A stretch of DNA of 10,403 nucleotides, from contig NW_021827612.1 in assembly GCF_006345805.1 (NCBI RefSeq), forward strand, positions 1-10,403, in the 5' to 3' direction. Positions 1-6,922 of this stretch are shown piece by piece. The first letter of the stretch is position 1. Each line of letters begins with the position of its first letter. Position numbers and translations under genes: made by a program. Source of the stretch: Octopus sinensis. Taxonomy: Eukaryota. Below the pieces are notes generated by a model. That model had not been told where the DNA came from and searched no databases. It was given only the letters and a program-made list of their open reading frames with translations.

Positions 1-617
1 ATCTCCACCATTGCACGACTTCTTCAACTTTAACTTTCCCTTTCCCATTGCTTCTTCCTCAAGGTATTTTGGCGCTTCTTCCTCTCACCCTCTTTAATTC
101 TTTCTTTCTCTCTCTCTTGGTCATTGCTTCTGTTCTCGGCCCTCCTCAATCCCCCCCTCTCTCTGTCTCTCTTTCTCTCTCACCTTCTTGCAACCTGGTG
201 CTACTAAGCTATTCCATTGGTGACAGCCGCTTGTACAACACGTGTCTTCTCTACTGAAAAGGTAACCGCTTCCCACGCTTGCTGATCAATTGTTTTTGTC
301 CCATTTTGTCTCAAAGGCGTAAGACGCCCCCGTATCATTCCATTTTTATTCGTTACTGTTTCCAATTTTATCTTCGTCTCTTGTTTTCCTATTCGTCTCT
401 GTTGTCACATTCTTTCCTTCTACCAAGCAAATCTAATGCCCATACCTTAGCTTTTCCTTGGGGCTGGCCGTTTTGGAGCAAACCTCAGAATGAAACAATC
501 GAAATTTGCCATGATAAATTGGTTTCTGACTGAAGAATGAAGGCTCTGAATGACTGTCCGTTTTTCCGTGTTCGTCAATTCGTGAATTTCACGTTCTTTA
601 TATATAAAGTTTTATTC
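1..617. other. Pyrimidine-rich non-coding segment, possibly the decayed 3' region of a Penelope-like retroelement
   Basis: CT-rich low-complexity tract (~40-185). CTGAAGA...GAAT...GTC at 530-558 resembles a degenerate hammerhead core of the kind found in Penelope pseudo-LTRs. The segment ends at a (TA)n run. No RT or GIY-YIG motif is visible. Confidence 0.25.
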
Positions 618-634
618 TATATATATATATATAT
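618..634. repeat. (TA)n microsatellite
   Basis: Direct reading of the sequence. Confidence 0.95.
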
Positions 635-851
635 CTCAGGCTCTTGTTGTTTGTGCAGAAATTGCATATGTCTCATGTAGAGTGATTTATGTATGGTCGG
701 TTTCATTATAATATCCTTCCATTTGACATCAAAATCAGTGTTGTGTTTTTTTAAGTGCCAGGTGTAGTTTGAGAAAGTTGCATAGTTCTTCTTTTCAACA
801 ATCCTGGTGAAAGAGGCTTAAATTAGCATTGTTTAAACTAAACCTCTGGCA

Positions 852-1052
852 TGTGTGTATATGTGTGTATTCCTCACCAGTGTTGGTTTGTTCACGTCCT
901 TGTAATTTAGTTGTTCAGTATTAGAAACTGATAGAATAAGTAATTGGCTCAGTGAAATAAATATACTGGGGATGACTCATTTGGCTAAAAATATACTTCA
1001 AGGCAATGCCCCAACATGGCCACAGCTCAATGACTAGAACAAGAAAAGGATA
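852..1052 (+). mobile_element. Diverged 3' module of SINE family A
   Basis: GATAGAATAAGT...CATGGCCACAGCTCAATGACTAGAACAAGAAAAGG aligns by eye to the reverse complement of 7599-7780 (GATAGAATAAGT...CATGGCCACAGTCAAATGACTGAAACAAGTAAAAGAG). It is preceded by a TG/TA microsatellite, as in the other copies. Confidence 0.65.
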
Positions 1053-1094
1053 GGTGTTTGTGTTTTGGGTTCTATTTTCTTGTTTGTCATCAAA

Positions 1095-1151
<57 letters not shown>

Positions 1152-1158
1152 ATATATA
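1095..1158. repeat. (CT)n followed by (TA)n compound microsatellite
   Basis: Direct reading of the sequence. Confidence 0.95.
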
Positions 1159-1491
1159 GAGACCCCCTTTGGTCACAAATGACCATGGAATTGCACCTAG
1201 AAAGTTACCCTCCAAGGCACAAGTCTGGGGGCAAGGTTGTTTATGGAAGACCAGCAGTTGCCCATGCATACCGGCCTCCCCGCTCCATGATACCAGTGTT
1301 ATCCAAGGGAATAGGCAACAGCAGATACAGCTTGGCACCTGTAGCATTGCAACTCATTTCTACAGCTGATTGAACTGAAGCAACAGGAAATAAACTATCT
1401 TGCTCAAGAACACAACACAGCTCGGTCCAGGATTCAAACTCACAAACTCAATATCGGAGGCTCGATGCTCTAACCACTGTGCCATACGCCT
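1159..1491 (-). mobile_element. tRNA-derived SINE, family B, near full length
   Basis: On the minus strand the head is AGGCGTATGGCACAGTGGTTAGAGC (A box) ... GAGTTTGAATCC (B box), followed by a CORE-like GTGTTGTGTTCTTGAGCAAGA. The body is colinear with the plus-strand copy at 6565-6900. Confidence 0.85.
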
Positions 1492-1494
1492 TGA

Positions 1495-1497
<3 letters not shown>

Positions 1498-1547
<50 letters not shown>
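1498..1547. repeat. (TA)n microsatellite
   Basis: Direct reading of the sequence. Confidence 0.95.
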
Positions 1548-1550
<3 letters not shown>

Positions 1551-1788
1551 CTTGCCCTATACACTAGGGATCTTGAAAATTTCATATCTTTATTTCTCCT
1601 GCTCTTCCCTTGAAAATCTTGGGCTTCTCCATTGGAATGAGAGAGGGCAGATTCAAACAATCATTTTACAATCAGGGAAAAATCCCAAACCCAAAATATT
1701 TCTAATTCCCTGTTTTTGCCAAAAACCAGAAACTATCAACTTTTTAAAACATACACACACACTCACATGTACACACTTTCTTTTTTAA

Positions 1789-2011
1789 CCCTTTCATTAC
1801 TAACCCGGCTGAAACCAGCTCTGTCTCTGTAGTGCACAAATGTCTTGGTTTCAAAAGTTCTGATTTAAAATCTTCCACCAAACCTTAGTCACAATTTATG
1901 TTCCTAACACTAGCTTAATGATAACTAAGTTATTTTACTAAATTCTTTGTTATATTCAAAATTAATTGAAAGAAACACAGAGCATCTCAAACAGAATATG
2001 GTAACAAAAGG
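1789..2011 (+). mobile_element. piggyBac-type MITE, unit F1
   Basis: TTAA (1785-1788) then CCCTTT...; ends TGGTAACAAAAGG then TTAA (2012-2015). TTAA flanks with CCC...GGG termini are the established piggyBac signature. No coding capacity. Strand labels for the MITE units are arbitrary and give relative orientation only. Confidence 0.8.
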
Positions 2012-2035
2012 TTAAAGTCACCATGATATTTTTAA

Positions 2036-2258
2036 TCCTTTTGATACCACCAACCCGGCTGAAACCACCTCTGGCTCTGTAGTACAAATGTCTTGTTTTC
2101 ATAAGTTTTGAATTAAAATCTTCCACCTAACCTTAGTCACAATTTATGTTCCTAACACTAGCTGAATGATAACTAAGTTATTTTACTAATTTTTTTGTTA
2201 TATTTAAAATTAATTGAAAGAGAAACAGCATCTCAACAGATATATGGTAACAAAAGGG
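2036..2258 (+). mobile_element. piggyBac-type MITE, unit F2
   Basis: TTAA (2032-2035) TCCTTTTGATACCA ... TGGTAACAAAAGGG TTAA (2259-2262). 14-bp imperfect TIRs; colinear with F1. Confidence 0.85.
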
Positions 2259-2481
2259 TTAATGTGTCCCAGCTGAAGTCTAATCACAAATTTTCTGATC
2301 TGACTTGTCTTTGAAATTATTTGTAACTTCCTTTAACTTTCACCTTCCTTATATCCATCTTAAAAGCTTAGTCTTACCAGATGCAAAAGGCTTAGTTTGA
2401 TAGCGAAAGGATGCACGACTTAAATTCAGAAGGAACAGTGTTGGAACAAATTCCTCAAGACAACTTGTCTGATGCTTTAGT

Positions 2482-2544
2482 TATAGCCTTGGGCCGGCCA
2501 AATCCTTCTGAGTGGATTTGGTAGATAGAAACTGAAAGAAGCCC
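2482..2544 (+). mobile_element. Internal fragment of SINE family A
   Basis: TATAGCCTTGGGCCGGCCAAA...GAGTGGATTTGGTAGATAGAAACTGAAAGAAGCCC matches the reverse complement of 5641-5705. Confidence 0.8.
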
Positions 2545-2604
2545 CATATGGCCTAGTGGTTAGAGTATTGCTCTCACAGTCTAGTGATCATGATTTCAAT
2601 TCCT
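2545..2604 (+). mobile_element. Isolated tRNA-like SINE head (B/F-like)
   Basis: A box TGGCCTAGTGG (2549-2559) followed by TTAGAG, and a B-box-like GATTTCAATTCC (2592-2603). Truncated at the MITE array. Confidence 0.6.
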
Positions 2605-2620
2605 AGACATTTGTACTTAA

Positions 2621-2843
2621 ACACTTTTGTTACCATATTTCTGTTGAGATGATCTGAGTTTCTTTCAATTACTTTAAATATAACAAAGAATTTAGTAAAA
2701 TAACTTCGTTATAATTAAAGCTAGTTTTAGGAACATAAATTGTGACTAAGGTTTGGTGGAAGATTTTAATTCAAAACTTAGGAAAACAAGACATTTGTAC
2801 TACAGAGCCAGAGGTGGTTTCAGCTGGGTTTGTATCAAAAGGG
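2621..2843 (-). mobile_element. piggyBac-type MITE, unit R1
   Basis: TTAA (2617-2620) ACACTTTTGTTACCA ... TGTATCAAAAGGG TTAA (2844-2847). Reverse complement of the F units. Confidence 0.85.
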
Positions 2844-2867
2844 TTAAAAATATCATGGTGACTTGAA

Positions 2868-3088
2868 CCCTTTTGTTACCATATTTCTGTTGAGATGATC
2901 TGAGTTTCTTTCAATTACTTTAAATATAACAAATAATTTAGTAAAATAACTTTGTTATAATTAAAGCTAGTTTTAGGAACATAAATTGTGACTAAGGTTT
3001 GGTGGAAGATTTTAATTCAAAAGTTAGGAAAACAAGACATTTGTACTCAGAGCCAGAGGTGGTTTCAGCTGGGTTTGTATCGAAAGGG
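2868..3088 (-). mobile_element. piggyBac-type MITE, unit R2
   Basis: TGAA (2864-2867) CCCTTTTGTTACCA ... TGTATCGAAAGGG TTAA (3089-3092). Confidence 0.85.
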
Positions 3089-3111
3089 TTAAAATATCAC
3101 GGTGATTTGAA

Positions 3112-3332
3112 CCCTTTTGTTACCATTTTTCTGTTGAGATGCTCTGTCTTTCTTTAAATTACTTTAAATATAACAAAGAATTTAGTAAAATAACTTAGTT
3201 ATCATTCAACTAGTGTTAGGAACATAAATTGTGACTAAGGTTAGGTGGAAGATTTTAATTCAAAACTTATGAAAACAAGACATTTGTACTACAGAGCCAG
3301 AGGTGGTTTCAGCCGGGTTGGTATCAAAAGGA
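3112..3332 (-). mobile_element. piggyBac-type MITE, unit R3
   Basis: TGAA (3108-3111) CCCTTTTGTTACCA ... TGGTATCAAAAGGA TTAA (3333-3336). Confidence 0.85.
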
Positions 3333-3356
3333 TTAAAAATATCATGGTGACTTTAA

Positions 3357-3499
3357 CCCTTTTGTTACCATATTTCTGTTGAGATGCTCTGTGTTTCTTT
3401 CAATTAATTTTGAATATAACAAAGAATTTAGTAAAATAACTTAGTTATCATTCAACTAGTGTTAGGAACATAAATTGTGACTAAGGTTTGGTGGAAGAT
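3357..3499 (-). mobile_element. piggyBac-type MITE, unit R4 (truncated)
   Basis: TTAA (3353-3356) CCCTTTTGTTACCA ...; similarity to the other units stops after GGTGGAAGAT (3499). Confidence 0.8.
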
Positions 3500-3605
3500 A
3501 AATGCTAATGATGTAAGTGCCCGAAACTTTCAACCCTCCCTTGGGTCACTCTATAACTTTTCTTGGTTATTAATAGCACCAAATATGTTTAATGATGTTT
3601 TGAGT

Positions 3606-3983
3606 TTGCTTTTCCTTTTTAAGTCACTGGACTGTGGCCATGCTGTAGCACCACTTTGAAGAGTTTAGTTGAATAAATTGACCCTGGGGTTTTTTAAGTG
3701 TAGTACTTTTTCTCTAAGCCTCTTTTTGAAAACTGTTAAGTTATGGGAATGTAAACAAACCAGCAGTGGTTGTCAAGCTGTTGTGCAGCACAAATACAAC
3801 TCAAACATACACTTATACACACACACACACACACTTAAATTGCTTCTTTCAGTTTCTATCTGCCAAATTCACTCACAAGGGTTTGGTTGGCCCAGGGCTT
3901 TAGTAGAAAACACTTGCACAGTGGGATTGAACCCCAAACCATGTGGTCGGAAAGCAAACTTCTTACCACACAGCCATGCCTGC
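3606..3983 (-). mobile_element. SINE family A, diverged full-length copy with internal CA microsatellite
   Basis: Same order of blocks as 7599-8009: 3' module (GACTGTGGCCATGCTG, GGTTGTCAAGC), CA repeat, CTTCTTTCAGTTT, then the tRNA-like head CTTACCACACAGCCA. A short deletion lies in the CORE-like part. Confidence 0.85.
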
Positions 3984-3985
3984 AC

Positions 3986-4097
3986 TTATATATACACACA
4001 CATACACATATATATATATATACACTCACACACACACTTATATAAACTGACACTTAAGTAGCATGTATGTTTGTGTGTGTGTGTGTGTGTGTGTGTG
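3986..4097. repeat. Mixed TA/CA and (GT)n microsatellites
   Basis: Direct reading of the sequence. Confidence 0.9.
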
Positions 4098-4492
4098 CAT
4101 TTTTAAGACTTCTTCATGAATTCCAACATCAAATTGCAGGTAAAATTAACTCCAACAGTCATTACAGCTGAAAATAGAAATCTAATTAATTAGTCATTAA
4201 TTACTTTAGGCAATTGGCATATGTGTCTCTCTCTGCGTTTGTGTGTGTATATATATATATATATAAAAATGCTAATTTATTCATCTTGCATTTTTTATAT
4301 ATTTGTTCGAGGCAGAAGGTATTAAATGTACTTTTTGTTGTTATTGTTGCTGTTGCTTAGCTCCAAGTCAGTTCTGATTTTTTTATTCACCATAAAGGTT
4401 ATATACAGAATTGGACAACACATCCGGGGAACTTAAAATAACAAAAGCAAATGACAAGACAAGAAAGAATAAAAATAATAATGAATTATTAG

Positions 4493-5186
4493 ATCATCAT
4501 CATCGTTTAACGTCCGTTCTCCATGCTAGCATGGGTTAGACGGTTCGACTGGGGGATCTGGGAAGCCAGAAGGCTGCACCAGGCTCTGGTCTTATCTGGC
4601 AATGTTTCTACAGCTGGATGCCCTTCCTAACGCCAACCACTCCGTGAGTGTAGTCGGTGCTTTTTACGTGCCACCTGCACGGAAGCCAGTCGAGGCGGCA
4701 CTGGCTTCGGTCACGATTCGGATGGTGCTTTTTATGTGCCACCTGCACGGAAGCCAGTCGAGGCGGCACTGGCTTCGGCCACGATTCGGATGGTGCTTTT
4801 TACGTGCCACCTGCACGGAAGCCAGTCGAGGCGGCACTGGCTTCGGTCACGATTCGGATGGTGCTTTTTATGTGCCACCTGCACGGAAGCCAGTCGAGGC
4901 GGCACTGGCTTCGGCCACGATTCGGATGGTGCTTTTTACGTGCCACCTGCACGGAAGCCAGTCGAGGCGGCACTGGCTTCGGTCACGATTCGGATGGTGC
5001 TTTTTATGTGCCACCGACACGGAAGCCAGTCGAGGCGGCACTGGCATCGGCCACGATTCGGATAGTGCTTTTTACGTATCTCCAGTCCAGGGGTCCTGGC
5101 ATCTGCCAGGTGCCAGTCATAGGATTGGTTCGATTTCGATTCCAATTTCACTTGCCCCAACAGGTCTTCGCAAGCAAAAGGGGGGG
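4493..5186 (-). mobile_element. Non-autonomous retroelement D with (GAT)n tail, carrying an internal 68-bp tandem array
   Basis: The (ATC)n-GTTTAACGTCCG...CCATGCTAGCATGGGTT end and the TTTCTACAGCTGGATGCCCTTCCTAACGCCAACC block recur at 8443-8594. A microsatellite tail implies LINE-driven retroposition. No pol III head is seen, and the 5' boundary is approximate. Confidence 0.7.
4656..5078. repeat. 68-bp minisatellite: 6 full units plus a partial seventh, alternating A/B variants
   Basis: Unit starts at 4656, 4724, 4792, 4860, 4928, 4996 and 5064. Unit A is GGTGCTTTTTACGTGCCACCTGCACGGAAGCCAGTCGAGGCGGCACTGGCTTCGGTCACGATTCGGAT. Confidence 0.97.
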
Positions 5187-5300
5187 ATAATATAGATAAT
5201 TACAAATGAGGTGTAAATGTCCACTAGATCCCCGGAATCGAGTGGTTACATTTTCGTCAGTTTTTTCCACAGAACAATATATTTCACCAAATTTCTAAAT

Positions 5301-5404
5301 ACATTTTCAGAATATTTTTCATAAAATTCCAGCAAACAGAGTTTCAAAAATACCTTTCTCAACATTTCAAAATACATTTTCAAAACACATTTCGAATATA
5401 CATA
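5301..5404 (+). repeat. Left copy of a ~100-bp direct duplication (putative TSD)
   Basis: Matches 5730-5829 with 4 substitutions and one 4-nt indel by manual alignment. Confidence 0.9.
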
Positions 5405-5729
5405 CTCTTTTCAGTCATTTGACTGCGGCCATGCTGGAGCACCGCCTTTAATCGAGCAACTCGACCCCGGGACTTATTCTTTTGTAAGCCCAGTACTTAT
5501 TCTATCGGTCTCTTTTGCCGAACCGCTAAGTAACGGGGACGTAAACACACCAGCATCGGTTGTCAAGCAATGCTAGGGGGACAAACACAGACACACAAAC
5601 ATACACGCACACACACATATATATATATACATATATACGACGGGCTTCTTTCAGTTTCCGTCTACCAAATCCACTCACAAGGCATTGGTCGGCCCGGGGC
5701 TATAGCAGAAGACGCTTGTCCAAGGTGCC
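5405..5729 (-). mobile_element. SINE family A, 5'-truncated copy
   Basis: Highly similar to ~7612-7940. Lacks the tRNA head and ends in the CORE-like block at CCAAGGTGCC. Confidence 0.9.
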
Positions 5730-5829
5730 ACATTTTCAGAATATTTTTCATAAAATTCCAGCAGAGTTTCAAAAATACCTTTTTCAACATTTCAAAATAC
5801 ATTTTCAAACCAACTTTCGAATATACATA
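5730..5829 (+). repeat. Right copy of a ~100-bp direct duplication (putative TSD)
   Basis: Matches 5301-5404. Confidence 0.9.
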
Positions 5830-6061
5830 TTCCAAAACTTCAAGAAACATTTTACAGAGCTTCAAAATTACTTTTCTCAAATCAAAAATACATAATTTCG
5901 AACTTACATATCACAGAATTTCAACATTTTACAGAATTTCACATTACATTTTCAAGGTTTCGAAATACATTTTCACAGAGTTTTTCTTTTTTAACACAAT
6001 CTTAGACGCATTCTATTATCTGTTCCACATCCCTGAAGCTCATCACTGCAAGTCAGTCCTG

Positions 6062-6430
6062 TTCCATTTGTGACCATCCTGTCTTTTATTCAGATATATC
6101 TAGGAGCACATTTTCCACTATAGAATGTGTTGAAGGAGATTTAGCTGCTATTTCTAGCTGACTGAGTGACAATATCGTTGATCCCTCTCCACCATGTTGT
6201 TGTTGTTGTTGTTGTTGTTGTTTAACCCAGGTCCTGATCCAGCAGACATATGACCACAGGAGATGGTCCACCTGTGGCCATCCCAACTTTTATTTAGGCA
6301 TGGTATATCTTGGACCTAGCTGTTTAATGTGATCTTTCCTTTTGACGATAACAGGGTGGTGTTTAAAGGACATTTGGCTGCTATTTCTAGCCTGTTAAAA
6401 AGCCCACATAAAGTCTCCTTGTTGGCACAT
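6062..6430. mobile_element. Two adjacent degenerate copies of an unclassified repeat (family E), with a (GTT)9 run between them
   Basis: GTGACCATCC..CTTTTATT (6070) matches GTGGCCATCC..CTTTTATT (6274). ATTTAGCTGCTATTTCTAGC (6139) matches ATTTGGCTGCTATTTCTAGC (6372). (GTT)n lies at 6196-6222. Confidence 0.55.
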
Positions 6431-6449
6431 TGTTGTTGCAGTTATTGCT

Positions 6450-6563
6450 GTGGTTGTGTGGTAAGAAGCTTGCTTCCCAACCACATGGTTTCGGGTTCCG
6501 TCCCACTGTGTAGCACCTTGGGCAAGTATCTTCTGCTATAGCCTCAGGCCAACCAAAGCCGTG
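6450..6563 (+). mobile_element. SINE family A head plus CORE-like block, 3'-truncated
   Basis: GTGGTTGTGTGGTAAGAAGC (A-box region), GGGTTCCGTCC (B-box-like), and GCACCTTGGGCAAGT, which resembles the CORE-SINE CCTTGGGCAAG motif. Confidence 0.85.
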
Positions 6564-6564
6564 A

Positions 6565-6900
6565 AGGTACATGGCTGAGTGGTTAGAGCATCAGGCTCAG
6601 AATCATGACATAGTGAGTTCAATTCTCAGGTCGGGCTGTGTGTTGTGTCCCTGAGCAAGACACTTTATTTCATGCTACTCCGGTTCACTCAGCTATAGAA
6701 AGGAGTTGTGACATCACAGGTGCCAAGCTGTATCGGCCCCTTTGCCTTTCCCTTGGATAACATCGGTGATGTGGAGAGAAAGAGGCTGGTACGCATGGGC
6801 GACTGATGGTCTTCCATAAACAACCATGCCTAGACCTGTGCCTCAGGGATTTTCTAGGTGCAATCCCATGGTCATTCATGACTGAAGGGGGTTTTTACCC
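6565..6900 (+). mobile_element. tRNA-derived SINE, family B, near full length
   Basis: A box TGGCTGAGTGG, B box GAGTTCAATTC, and GTGTTGTGTCCCTGAGCAAGACAC. Colinear with the reverse complement of 1159-1491. Confidence 0.85.
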
Positions 6901-6922
6901 CCTTTTTTTTTATATCTACATA

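Larger units (their letters stand above)
5240..5985. repeat. G-poor degenerate short-period repeat (ACATTTTCA/CAGAATTTC/TTTCAAAAT motifs), interrupted by a SINE
   Basis: Many variants of ACATTTT(C/A)(A/C)AGA and TTTCAAAATAC occur on both sides of the 5405-5729 insertion. Boundaries are approximate. Confidence 0.55.

Noticed and set aside
48-257. 69-aa hydrophobic ORF, and the minus-strand peptide EEEAPKYLEEEAMGKGKLKLKK near the window start
   Set aside because: These are products of CT-rich low complexity, with no ATG start for the plus ORF, no recognisable domain and no supported splice structure.
1785-3499. CRISPR-like repeat/spacer organisation of the MITE array
   Set aside because: The spacers are copies of one sequence and the repeats are ~220-bp TIR elements.
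3505-3550. Second hammerhead-like motif CTAATGA...CGAAAC
   Set aside because: The core has CTAA instead of CTGA, and no convincing stems II/III or cleavage triplet can be drawn.
4656-5078. CRISPR array (palindromic repeats at regular spacing)
   Set aside because: The whole 68-bp unit repeats, so there are no unique spacers. There are no cas genes and the context is eukaryotic repeats.
4602-5195. Three overlapping ORFs (197, 177 and 109 aa), one in each plus frame
   Set aside because: The 68-bp unit has no TAA/TAG/TGA on the plus strand, so all frames stay open and the peptides merely cycle through the three frames. There is no homology signal.
5560-6073. 111-aa and 167-aa ORFs
   Set aside because: They run through a SINE, a microsatellite and a low-complexity tract. 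Similar peptides recur at 7780-8091 simply because the SINE recurs.
6806-6922. N-terminal part of the 102-aa ORF as a real protein start
   Set aside because: It is SINE B sequence and a T/TA tract that happens to be in frame with the CR1 fragment.
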